From Sphagnum compactum (lineage: Eukaryota), in contig OZ234493.1 of NCBI GenBank assembly GCA_965153455.1, positions 30,308,213 through 30,372,212 of the forward strand: a stretch of DNA of 64,000 nucleotides, written 5' to 3'. The translations under genes and the position numbers were made by a program. The notes below the pieces were generated by a model. It was not told the DNA's origin and ran no database searches. It saw nothing but the letters and a program-made list of their open reading frames with translations. Numbering within the stretch: the stretch's first letter is position 1; each line of letters begins with the position of its first letter. Positions 37,675 through 50,037 of this stretch are shown here, one piece after another.

Positions 37675-38721
37675 ATGCTGTCCTGGAGTGGTATCACACT
37701 CTGCCTCAGTGGAGCAGCACTCTACTATCTCAGTCGGAACACAGGCAGAGATGCCTTAACTTTAAAATCTGTGAAAAGGGTGAACCAGCTTCAAGACCTT
37801 GCTTTATTGCTACAGTCAGCATGCAAAGTTCTTCCGGTAGTGGTTACAGTTGTGGGTCGAGTAGGCTCAGATACGCCCATCACTTGCGAGCACAGCAGTT
37901 TGCGAGGAGTGATTCTTGAAGAAACTGCAGAGCAACACTTTCTGAAGCACAATGACACGGGCTCATGGATTCAGGATTCCGCTCTCATGCTCTCTGTCAG
38001 CAAAGAAGTTCCATGGTACTTGGAAGATGGAACAGGGCGGGCCTACATAGTAGGTGCCCGAAATGCCACTGGCATGGAGCTCACCATTGCCAGTGAGGTT
38101 TTTGAAGAATCTGGTCGGTCACTGGTTCGTGGCACTCTGGACTATTTGCAAGGTCTGAAAATGCTGGGAGTGAAGAGAGTTGAGAGGGTGCTTCCCACTG
38201 GCACTGCCCTTACAGTAGTGGGTGAAGTAGTTCAAGATGATCGAGGGTTGATCCGAATCCAGAAACCGCACAAGGGCCCATTTTATGTAACCCCAAAAAG
38301 CATAGAACAGCTGATCATGAACCTGGGCAAATGGTCAAGATGGTATAAGTACCTGTCAGTAGGTGTCACATGTGTTGGGTTGTACCTGGTTGTTTCATGT
38401 GCTGCCAAACATGTGATGGAGAAGCGGCGCCGAGCAGCCCTGCACAGAAGGGTGATGGAAGCAGCAGCGCAGAGGCTCAGACAGACAGCGATGGAGGGTG
38501 AGATGGCTGAAGGCCTAAATGAGCAGGATAATAAGGATGCAATCTTGATAAAGGAAGGTCATGCACCAAACTTGTGTGTGATTTGCTTGGAGCAAGATTA
38601 CAATTCAGTTTTTGTGCCATGTGGGCATATGTGTTGTTGTATGTCCTGCTCAGCCCAGCTCACAAATTGTCCTCTTTGTCGGCACCGCATTGACCAACTT
38701 GTGAGAGCATATCGGCACTAA
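37675..38721 (+). CDS. SP1: Organellar outer-membrane RING E3 ubiquitin ligase SP1/MUL1-like (TM-GIDE-TM-RING), intronless CDS, 348 aa
   Basis: GRVGSDTPITCEHSSLRGVILEETAEQHFLKHND.GSWIQDSALMLS.SKEVPWYL, FEESGRSLVRGTLDYLQGLKMLGVKR and a C-terminal C3HC4 RING (CVICLEQ.YN.VFVPCGHMCCC..C...L..CPLCR), closely matching plant SP1. Confidence 0.93.
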   Translation: MLSWSGITLCLSGAALYYLSRNTGRDALTLKSVKRVNQLQDLALLLQSACKVLPVVVTVVGRVGSDTPITCEHSSLRGVILEETAEQHFLKHNDTGSWIQDSALMLSVSKEVPWYLEDGTGRAYIVGARNATGMELTIASEVFEESGRSLVRGTLDYLQGLKMLGVKRVERVLPTGTALTVVGEVVQDDRGLIRIQKPHKGPFYVTPKSIEQLIMNLGKWSRWYKYLSVGVTCVGLYLVVSCAAKHVMEKRRRAALHRRVMEAAAQRLRQTAMEGEMAEGLNEQDNKDAILIKEGHAPNLCVICLEQDYNSVFVPCGHMCCCMSCSAQLTNCPLCRHRIDQLVRAYRH

Positions 38722-41030
38722 CTTTTTTTGCTCCCAAGCAAGTCTCAGATATGATTTGCAGAGTGAATGACTTTGTGATCTACTATTCCATGAGGAATTT
38801 TTTAGCAGTTTCCAATGCATGTTGATTAACCTGTCATTGACTTTTCGATGAACTGGAGGTTGTAGCAGTAATGCAACAAACTCCAAGATTGCTTGACTTT
38901 CTATGATTCTCTGGATATTGGTTCTGTTGTGATTTCTTTCACCTAAACTGATCAGGTTGGGGTGTGGAGTGCATGCATTGAGAGGCTAGCTAGTGCATGA
39001 GGAGTGTTTCCTTATTCAGGGTTAGTTTGATGCATTGACCAAGTTTCCTCAGTATTGATACTTGAAGTACTTGTTTATGATTTATCCACCACCTTTCAGA
39101 GATTTGATTGATGCAATTGATGTATTCAAAGGAGGTTTCTACTTGACAATGGAGAAGTTAAGGAAGAGGAAGTTTTCACTATGCTTATCAAGCTCTGATT
39201 TTCCAGTTTACATTTGCCCTAACAACTATTGTAAAATCTGTTAAAGAAGAGGGGAGAGCCTCTCAATGCCTAGGGTGTAGGATTTGAATTAACAATGTCT
39301 AACTGCAAGAGCTGGCATTGAACCTCTGTAGTAGGTTCCAGTGAGGACTAGGAGACAAAAGTTTGCTCATTGTTTTGTAGCCATTACAGGTAAGTATGAT
39401 GTGAAGTTCTGTCAATTCAATTCCTCACAGAAGTTGCCTGTTGAAGGTGCATGCCTAATGGATTGGAATGCTTGATGTTTTACAGACAAACCGAAGAAAA
39501 TTACATGCAAATCCAGGTGTCATCCCCTCTTTCTTTTTTTTTGCAACTTCCAAACTCCTTGTGTGCTAGCAATGTGCAAAGGTAGTAGAGATTTTGAATC
39601 CAGGTATCATCTCCTTTCTATTTAGCCCCTCCAGATTTCTTGTGTGCTGGCCAGTTGCAAGGATAGAGCTGTTGAATCTTGGTACCTATCATCTTGTTTT
39701 TTCTTGCTCCTCCATCTCCAAGTTTGCTCCTCCAAATTCCTTTGTGTGATTCAGAACTGGATAGAGCTGTTGAATCCAGGTATCTACCATCTTGTTCTCT
39801 TGCTTCTCCATCTCTTTGTCTGCTCTAAATTTCTGGCATGATAGCAACTTCCAAGGATAGAGCTTCTTGTCTATATGGACCTGAAAAGCATTGGGCTGTT
39901 CATGGCATTGCACTTTCCTTTTGGATTACCAATGTTTTGGGCATTGGCATGGGCTGTCTGGTCCTTGATACTCGCACCCTCTCTTTCCATTGCTTCCTTC
40001 TTGCTTTGTTGAATTTCGTTGGTGGGGGCGACATTGTATGTGTTTTTGGGAGACAGAAGAGGGGGAAGTCAAAGAACCATTGATAATGATCATCTTTATC
40101 TGCTTGGAGTTTGGTGCTTTCAAGGAGAGTGGATCAGGCAGGGTTGATCCAAGGATGTCAGGGTTTAGTTTTCCACTTTGCTTACAATATAAGGGACAAA
40201 ATGAGCATGAGCAATAATTCTAGGAATCTAGAAGGAGGAATCAAAGAATTAGACCAGCAGCAGCTGCCAATAATTGTGTGCAAAGCACAGTTGCAAGGTA
40301 ACGAAACTCCTCATTACCATCATGGACTTCATCCACATCATGATGGTGCTATTTATGTACAGCAGTTAGCTTTTTAGGAGCTTCAAGCAAAGCTGCTACT
40401 GTTAGTCTCTTTCCATTAGGCTACAACTGATGATAGTTACACACAGTGATGTGATCATAGCAGCCTAATGGAAAGCCACTGAAATGATATAGGGCCTTGT
40501 TTCTTGCTGTGGGAACATTTGTTTTCCATTGGAGAGTTGCAAGTGCATTGAAAATATGTAATTAATCATGTTAGGAACTCCGGGAACACATGTTCTGATG
40601 GAAAAAAGGACAGATGTCATTGTAAAGCGAGTCACAATTTGACGCTTGGCTCCTGCAATTGGCCAATGCTTGACCAGTAACATGACTTAGAGCTGTCAAC
40701 TTAGAGCTATGAGACGACTGTGAGCCCAGTTAGTTGGAAAAACATAATGGAAAGTTGCTGTGATCACAGCAGCCTAATGGAAAAGATGTCCTAATTGTGA
40801 ATCGTCTTCACTGTTCCAACAACAATCAAAGTGGGCCCCTCACCCTTTCCCCACCATTTGATACGTGGAATCACGTCATCATCAGCAGCAGCAGATCATG
40901 ATCATGAGCTGCTGCAGCAGCAACAACAGAGATTGGAAGATGGAATGTTCGGACATCACAGTACAGAGGTTGCTTGCATCGAGGTTGCATCAAACCCTGT
41001 AGGTGAAGAAGGGGTTTGTAAGCATTAAGG

Positions 41031-41065
<35 letters not shown>

Positions 41066-42149
41066 ACGAAGGGGCGGAGGACGCCTGAGGGTTTGGGTTG
41101 GTTAGGGATTTGATGGGTCCGAGGAAAACACGCCTCAAAAGCATGAGCAATGGCGGTTGAAGCCGTGGACCTTGAGGAAGAAGAATCTTCTCCTCTTTGA
41201 TCAAGGGTACTCGGTCCAAAAGAGCCATGTGGATCGCAGGTCTGGTTCTTCTCCTCGTCTTGACTCTTGTTGCGGCTTCCGAATCTTCGGCAGCTTTTGA
41301 TGTTCGCTGTGGAAGATCTCTCTCTGAACATGCTGCAGATCCCTGAGGAGGAGGACTGTAATCTCCTGAGTTTTGGAGGTTTTGGGATTTTGTTGTTGTC
41401 TTTCTTCTTCTCTAGGGTTGGGGTTTTTTGCCTCCTCTTGTTCCTGTTTGGTTATTTATGTTTCTTAGAACCAAGATCTCTACTGACTTATTATATCATC
41501 AGATCATCTCTGGATGCTAGTTCAGGTTGACTGCGATCGCGAATGCACGAAGAAGCAAGCTATCAGTACTTATAACTACTTTGGAAGAAGAGAGATTTCT
41601 TCTCTTTCATGTAGCTTCAAGCATCTGCAATGATCGAATACAATAAATGGGAACAGATTGCTGCAGTGGTTGATTTTAACTATGGCTTCTTGCAAGGTTT
41701 TGCTGGGAATCAGCCAAAGGTCTTCAATCTTTTCAGCAGACTGCGATATCCTCAGAGATTTTGATGTATGTCATGCTCCAGTGGGAACAGATTTACTGCG
41801 ATTCTTAGCCCATGGATTGCAAGATTGTTTTGTGAATCAAGCAGTGTTGTGAGATCTATGTGGGTCAGCAGAGACTGCGATCTATGCACTCAGAGATTTT
41901 GGCACTTGTGGGAGTTGAGTCCGGATGGTCCAGTTTCTTACACTTAGTATTTTCTCCAACAGGAATGCCATGGCTGTAGCATGATCATTATGTTAGAATG
42001 TCATGAATGGCCAGCTTCAAGAAGCAGTTAGCAGAATCCTAGAGGATTGCTGCAAGCATAAGGAACAGCATTGAGACAGGATTTGGAAACTAGGGTAAAG
42101 AGATAAGCCAGGCAGGCAGGCAAGCAAGCTTGGGTTCAGAAGCTCTCAA

Positions 42150-45100
42150 ATGGCATTGAATAAGGGACCACCCGGATCTGGGCATGGGTCATCATCGAGG
42201 CAGAGGTTGAAGCAGAGATTTGCATGCACATCGGGCATGCTTGTTGTCCATGAGGAGGATGAGCACCAAGCTAGTGTGGTTCATAACACTGCTTCAGCTA
42301 CTCGAAACTTCTTCAGCTCCCTATCAGGGTTCAGGCCACTTGTAGGCCAAAATAGGCAAAGGTCATGGCTTGTGCGAGATATGAGCTTGCCCAACTACTT
42401 GGATAGATTAGACACAGGTAGCAATGGCTCATCATCTTTCAGTGACTCCGTCAGTGCCTTTTCCAGTAATTTTGGGAGTGCACTTGACTTACCACAGTTG
42501 TTTGCAGTTGAAGATGCATGGTCAACTGGGGTGAAGCAGGTAGCACTGGAGAATCAGCAAGCTGTGGTGCAGCAGAGCCACTTGGAGGTGGGTCAAACTT
42601 CCTCCACATCTGGCCCAGGTGAGAACCAAGCTCTTCTCAAAGATCTGCCCATACACAGAAGTGAAGATGATTCCCATCTTCTTTTTGATGGAGAAGTAGG
42701 GAAGGATGAATTACGGGTGTGCGGTGACATAGAGGACCTTGATACACTCATTGTCCCTGCAGCTGCCAGTAGGTCCACTGAGGAGGAGGAGGAGCCATTC
42801 ATGGTTCTGGAACAGTCTCTTGATCCTCTTCAATCATCCAGAAATGGGTTTGCTTTGAGCAGGGACAATTTGCATGACATTTCAGAAGTTGCAAAAGAGA
42901 AAGCAAAGGATCCTGATGTCCAAAACAAAACCTCTCCTGAAACAGAGATACAGCAACATCAAAAGGCTGTCAGTGCAGTTATTTGTACTCAGGCCATGTA
43001 CCAATCTTCTAGTGCTCAGGCTGCTTTCAGATTGAAGCATGCTGCAGCTTTGAGGATCCAGAGCTTCTACAGAGGGTGGCTGGCCAGAAGAAATCAGAGA
43101 GTATGGATTGCAGGTTTGGTGAAGCTACAGGCTTGTGTTCGGAGGAACCAAGTATGCAAGCAGTACCACCAGCTACACAATGTAGTGCTCATGCTTCAGA
43201 GGAAATGGAGGTTTGCCAGAAGGAGGAATTTGCAACTGCAGCAGAGTGAAGTGCTCAAATGTGCAGCTATCAAAGTACAGAGTTCCTACAGAAGCTGGGT
43301 TGCAAGGAAAAATTTCAAGGTTGACCTTGAAAGAGTAGTGATGCTGCAGTCCCTTGTTCGAAGAAGGAATGTACAGAAGTGGTTCTGCCAGCTTCGTGAT
43401 GCAACTCTCACACTTCAGAGAATATGGAGGGCTTCTAAACTGCAACAATCACAACTGCAGAGTGAAGCAGAGGAGTGGGCAGCTGTCAGAATACAGAGCT
43501 CTTTTAGAGGTTGGGTTTCGAGAAAGAACTTCAAGGCAGACATTGGCAGAGTGGTGATGCTACAAGCGTGTGTTCGTAGGAATCAAGTCCAGAAGGAGTA
43601 CCAGCAGGTGTACAACGCAGTTATCATTCTCCAAGGAAGTTGGCAATCCTTCAAGAGGCAGCAACGAGTACAGGAAGAATGTCGGGGACATGCTGCTCTG
43701 AAGATTCAGAGTATTTACAGGGCTTGGTTAGTTCGGAGACACTATAGAATGTGTAGAGATGGAGTTCTGAAGATACAGGCATGGATAAGGATGAAGCAAG
43801 TCAGAAGAAAGTACCAACAGCAGTACAATGCAGTCCTCAAACTGCAAGAATTGTGGAGGGCAGCCAGATTACATCGTTTAGAATTGTGCAAATTGCATGA
43901 GTGTGCAACAGCTGTTGTGATCCAAAAATCATGGCGGGGTCATCATCAGCGGCAGCTCTATAGACTTGAGCTTCACTTGCAGCATCAATCTGCACAAAGA
44001 ATCCAAGTTAGTTGGCGAGGTTTTCGGTCCCTCCAACTCTTACGGGTGGAAAAGTGGGTCAGAGAAAGAGCTGCCATATGTCTGCAGGCTGTCATTCGAG
44101 GGCATCAGGTTAGGCAGGGTATATTGCAGCAGAAAACTGCTGCATCCATTCTTGAGCAGCACAGGCAGGTCCTTTGTGCTGTTGTAACAATCCAGTCAGT
44201 TTTTCGAGCTTTTAAATACCGAAGAGATTACCTCAACCTGCAGCAAAAGGTCTTGCTTATTCAGCGAATGTGGCGTACATCCCAGCAGAAATCACAACTT
44301 GTATCTGCACTACTGAAATCAAAAGCTGTTGATGTGACACAAATTGTTGGACACCCTGAAGCTGAGGAAGTTTCAGCAGTTGCTGTTGCTGAGGAGAGGT
44401 TTACTGAGCCTAAGCAACCAAAACACAGAGAAGAGGAAAGGCAAATTTTGACTTCCGATCCTGGTTTGCATATGGAATCTGTCGAGGCAGCTGTTTATCC
44501 AAAGACCACAGATGTGGAAAGTGGAGAACTGGAGCAGCCAACATTCTCAACTCTAAGACCCAATAGCTCATCTGTAGAAGACTGGAATAATCTGCAAGTA
44601 GATGAGCTTGATGAATGTTTGGACACCTTCTTGGCAGCTCTGCCTTTAGCTTCCCACTCTAGACGGCAGTCTATGTGTCTTGATATTGACCCAACACCAT
44701 CTGGTGCACTTTGTGTGGGAACCACAGTGTTTGGAAGAGCTGACAATATTTTCACTCCTGCAATATCCGACATGAACTCTTCAAATACAAATGAGGAGCA
44801 ACAGCGGCAGGATGTGCAATGTGCGAGTGCAAATGAGGTGTGTGCAACTGTGATGACCCAGGATCCACAACCCAGTCATAATGACAGGACATTGTCCCAT
44901 GCCAGTTATTCACAAGAAAGCATCAGTGATCAGGTATTGTACATCTGCAGGGTTTTCTTTTTACAATTGTATATATAATTGTTGTTTCAGATTCTTGTGG
45001 GACTGAATGTTGCTCCTTCATTTTCATGTCAGGGATCATCACCTCCAGTGAATGGCAAGGGTTGCTCAAAGCCTCTCAAGAGTTCAAACAGGGATGAGGA

Positions 45101-45704
45101 GCGATTACAACAGTTTGCACAGGTTTTTCTTACAATGCGCCAGATATCAATTCAGCAACAGCGGGCACAATCTGCTCCACCATTCCCACCTTCCTCCTCA
45201 ATTGCTCAACTCTCCTCAGAGGAGAGCTCTGTCTCTTCAAGTCCACAACAGGGTGAACTGAATCTGACCACTGGAGTCAGCACTATCCAGAATGGACACG
45301 TGTCTTTGGAAATTAGGGATTGTATTCAGACACCTGAGAATCATGATGAAAGAGGACTCTCACAGGTGTATAACACAGGTACTGCAAATGCTCAAGATGT
45401 GGTGCTGGATATGGTGGAGCTTTTGAAAATGATGGAGCAATACTGTGACAGAGAGGCAGATGCAGCTGCTGATGCAACAAGCTCTAAGTCTATTTCTGGA
45501 GGTGATGACATTGAGGGTGGAAGAGCTTGGAACCTGCAAAAGAATGGCTACAGACACACCTCCACAGCTGCACTTGGGATTAAGCATTTCAGACTACCAG
45601 ATGTTAATGTCGTTTTGATTGTGCTTGTTGCTATGGTAGTGTACACTAGGACTGTGTGCCGTGATGTTTTCTCCAGGACCCGCCGGTTGCATCGCAAACC
45701 GTAA
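42150..45704 (+). CDS. IQ-motif-rich (calmodulin-binding) protein with C-terminal transmembrane segment; 2 coding exons, ~1150 aa
   Basis: Exon 42150-44933 (donor CAG|GTATTG) and exon 45033-45704 (acceptor TGTCAG|GGA), phase 0. About 17 IQ-like motifs (e.g. AALRIQSFYRGWLARR). Hydrophobic VNVVLIVLVAMVVY near the C-terminus. Confidence 0.8.
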
Positions 45705-47344
45705 AAGTGCTGCTGAAGGCCTGGAGGGGTGGATTATAAACTTTGTGCTATGATTCCTTTCATGTTTGCTGCTTTCTATGAAGGTGCACACAATGTCATC
45801 CTCAAATGTTTAGCAACAGCAAATTTCATACCACTTGCTTTTCACTTTGTTCAGAAAGCATACCACCATTGTGTTTCTGATCAGACCCAAGTTTAGGGAC
45901 TTGTGCCAAACTGCAATAGCAGACACAATAGAGTCCTGTTGAGCCACTCTGATTGTATGGTAGAGGGACAGCCTGCCATTACACTTACATTCTCGAGTAC
46001 TGAAACAGCATGGTAGTGTAGATTCAGAGATAATTTATTTAGAAGCCCCCAGTTTGTCCTGCCACATTCACCACAGTACAGAAGGTGCTGAAGTGGTGAG
46101 TACTGTATACTGTCATATGGAGGCAACTGTGGTTGTCTCAATGAGGAACAAGTGTATCTGTATCAGCATAGAGAGTGGAGCAAAAAACATTCATTATTCA
46201 AAGTTTTGTTCAGTTTTTTTCATGTTTCACTCTCTCTTCTATGACCTTTCTTTCACTAAGTTGCTTGGAGTAAATAAAGAGATTGAACTGGTGGGTCTGC
46301 AATCACTAGTCCCAAAGAGTGCTGTTCACCACATCACAATGCACATTACATTTCTACCATAACATTCTCTGCACCAAGGTACACATCGAGTTGATTTAAT
46401 AACATGTGGATTTTCATGTCTTTCCTTTGTTGTGTTTAAATGAAGTATGTGATTTTTTAACAATGTGAGGTTTAAGGATCTTAGTTGAGGAAGATGACAA
46501 GTGATTTTTCAAATGAAAAACTGATATTTTTGCCTTTCAACTTTGAAGAGAATCTATCTATTAAGGGAGGCAGTTTGTTTATTTGTCATGTTGAGATCTC
46601 CCAAACCACAGTGCATCTTGTTGTGTTCTTGGTACCATTCGAAACCCTTACGAGTAGGGGTGCACAGAGGTGATTTAGTAGGTGGGCTGTAGAAGTTTTT
46701 CGAAATCTTGCTTTGTACTGGTAACCTCTATGAATGCCGTATCTAAATGTGGTGACTTCTCACAGTTTTCTCTCAAAATATGACAAATGTTGCAAAAATT
46801 TCCAAATTTTTTTTTGTCACCATAGTAGGAAAATTCACCAGAAAAAAACCAGAGCAGCACATGCCACACTATCTATCTATTAAAGAAGGTAGTTTACTTG
46901 TTTTGTTTATTTTGTTTTCCAGATCGAGATCTCCCAATACACAACATTGCCTCACTGTGATCTTGAAAACATTGGAAAACCCTCGATGAGTACAGGTGCA
47001 TTGAGGCGGTTTTATAATGTTCAAACTTATGGTGCAAGAGTTATTGAATATTGAGCAATTTTGTCATTGGAAATCCAACTAAATTACAAAAACTGGTTTT
47101 GGAAGGAGACAATTAGTTGGGTAACAAGTTTACGCTTGGGCCAACAGCACAGGCCACACTAGTCAGAATGTATTCAAAGTGTTGCAGACTAAATTGAAGT
47201 ATTTCTCGGCAATAGCAGTTGTAAATAGTTGTGTAGGGGGACTCAGGAGTGTGATCCATGCAAGAAAAAGATAAGGCAAAATGCCTCATTGAAACCCATA
47301 ACCCTAAATTATTGGCATGTAAGCTATTTGAGAGTGGGAGAGTT

Positions 47345-50037
47345 TTAATAGAGGAAACAATGTGTAGGTATATCCCCTACAGTCTCTGTCTGATCTCTAT
47401 TCAACTTTGGGATTTGCTGTTCAGAAAGAAGCCAATAAACAAGACCCCCAAGAAAAACCCCAACAAACCAAGAATTGCTGTAGATGACAGAAAACACTAG
47501 GGGAACTTCGCTTGTGATCCCAGCTGCAGCAAGAAAGCCAGGAACATTTGGCAGGATTCCAGCAACAAGAGCCACCAAAGCTGAGAGATTAAAGCCTTTT
47601 GTATACCAATATGGTCCTTTCTCATCACTTGAATAAAGCGCATTGATGTCAAGACTTCGATCCCGCACCCAAAAATAATCCACCAACATAATGCCACCAA
47701 CTGGACCCAGTAATGCGGAGTACCCAATTAGCCATGTGAAAATAAAGCCTTGACTTGACTGTATTAATCGCCATGGCGCAAGTAAGATCCCCAAAACAGC
47801 TGTGAAAATCGCTCCTCCTCTGAAAGAGAAGATTTGTGGGTTTAAGTTCACCAAAGAATTGGCTGTGCCAACCACGTTTGCAGCAATATTTGATGCCAAG
47901 ACAGCTAAGATAACCCCAATCAATGCTAAGAGAGTTGGAAACAAGCCACCAATTAAACTCATTACTTCAATCGGGTCTGAGATTGCACGTCCAAATATGG
48001 TAATAGTCGCTGATGTAACAGCCACACCTATGAAACTGAATGCGGCCATGAAGAGTGGGAGACCAATTGCTTGGCCTGCAACCTGATCTGCTTGGCTTTT
48101 TGAAAACCTTGTGAAATCTGCATGGGATTAGTGGATCAGGATTTGAACACACTTGACTGTTACAAAAAAATTGAGTTGCATGGTGAGGGGAAAAAAAAAC
48201 ACAAAGTGTCAGGTAAGGCACCCAACCCACATGAGGAGCCTCACAGTTTTGAGCCCTGTGAATGAGAGTGGGCAGTAGTCCCAAGTGAAGAATGGGGAGA
48301 TTCACTGGGCTCAAACATGTGATGCCCTCTGCACATGCATGGGTCCCTTACCCTTCATAAAGACTTTGAGATTTCTTGAGAAAAGAAGGGAGTTCACAGA
48401 GTGGTCAACCCACTCTCTCAGCCTGGCAAGTGTGTTACACTCTGGATGATGTGTGTGTGCTGACAGAGAGAGCTCCAGGCAGGTTCACATGGATCAATGA
48501 TAAGCACACTCAAAAATACAAAGGAATCTTTTTTCAAATTCTTTATGTAGAGCTGCTCCAACAACAACAATTGCAAGTCTTGAACATATGGATCTACATT
48601 TAAAGCAGGGAGCTCATAATATATATATATAATGAATGCATTCCACCTACCTGGAATGTTGAGAGTGAGAGAAACCCAACACCCGACATTGGCTGTCAAT
48701 GCAGGAAAAAACACCTGCCAAAATTGACCAGCTTTCGCACCTCCAGGCACAAACTGTGAGGGAGCAGATAATATGGGTCCAAATCCGCCTGCTTTGATGT
48801 ATGCCCAAGCAAGCAATGTGCATGACAAGACAATCAAAATTGGAGCACTGTATTTTTCCAACTGCTTGATGCTTGCAATTCCATTCCATATGATCCCTAC
48901 CTGCTTATAGTGCCACTTCAAACCCATGGTCAGTTTCAAAACCAAATGTAAGTCTTATACCAACAACCAAAGAGAAGCAAAACCCATTGCAGAAACGAAG
49001 GGGTTCAAGACATTGCAGTAGTAGAAGATTTGAAGCTTTGACCAACAGCCAGAATGAATTGCACATATAAATGGGATCAAAGATCCATTGATTCTGTAGC
49101 CCCTTTGTGATCAGGACTCTACAATGCAGAACTAGACAAGACAAAGCAGGTTTGATCAGAAAAGATTGTTGCAGTAAGGTTTAGAGTTTAGGGTTTATCA
49201 TCATCATCATCATCATCATCTTCATCATCACGTGCATCCCACCTGTAGCAACCAGAAGAGCATGAAGGAGGCAAATTCAGGAGCACTGATGCCAAGCCAT
49301 GGAATGACGGGCCATTCATGAGATGGAAGAGGAGCTGGAGCTACTGCATGATGGGCTGCAAGAAGAGTATTGAGTAGCTGGAAAATGGCCTGGCCACCAA
49401 TCCAAGTCTGAATTCCAAACCAGCCACAACCGATGAAAGCTCGCAACAGCGCAGGCACGTTGGCTCCCACGATGCCGAAGGGCGCTCTTGCAATCACGGG
49501 GAATGGGATGCCGAATTTGGTGCCGGCATGGCTACTCAGAACCATGGGGATGAGAACAATCACGTTGGCCAGAAACACTGTGATGATTCCTTGCCACCAT
49601 GCCATGCCCATCTCCACCAAGCTTCCTGCCAAGTAGTACGTGGGTACCCCCACCACTAGCATCACCCACAAGCTTGCCATGTCCTTGGCCGTCAGTATCC
49701 TCCCCTCGTCCATTATGGGTGCAAAATCCTGGTTGTACAACCACTTGTCCGGATTGATTGGAGCTCTTGGACAATTGGGTTCCAGCAACTTCCCCCAGAA
49801 AGTCTTCGTCCTTGACTCAGCTGCAGCTGGTTTTCCATCGGAACTTGACGATGAATTAGCATCTGAGCCTCCCAGCTCTGCTGAGTTGAGGAGAGAGCCG
49901 ATGATATTGGAGCTAGATGATGATGCATCCGTGACATCCAAATTAGCTGCTGCAGAAGAGCTAACAAGGAGCTTCTCTCTAGTAGTATCTACACCCTTGG
50001 ACATTCTCAGACTGCCAAGAAGCTCACGAATCGTCAT
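47345..50037 (-). CDS. NCS1: NCS1-family purine/uracil permease (PLUTO-like), 3 exons
   Basis: Exons 50037-49243, 48900-48651 and 48117-47345. Motifs VGVPTYYLAGSL, HAGTKFGIPFPV, GCGWFGIQTWIGG, LNIP|DFTRF, NIAANVV, PWRL and GYSALLGPVGG. Confidence 0.93.

Noticed and set aside
39500-39870. Diverged ~110-bp repeats (GATAGAGCTGTTGAATCCAGGTATC) downstream of SP1
   Set aside because: Degenerate local duplication in probable UTR/intron DNA with no further structure.
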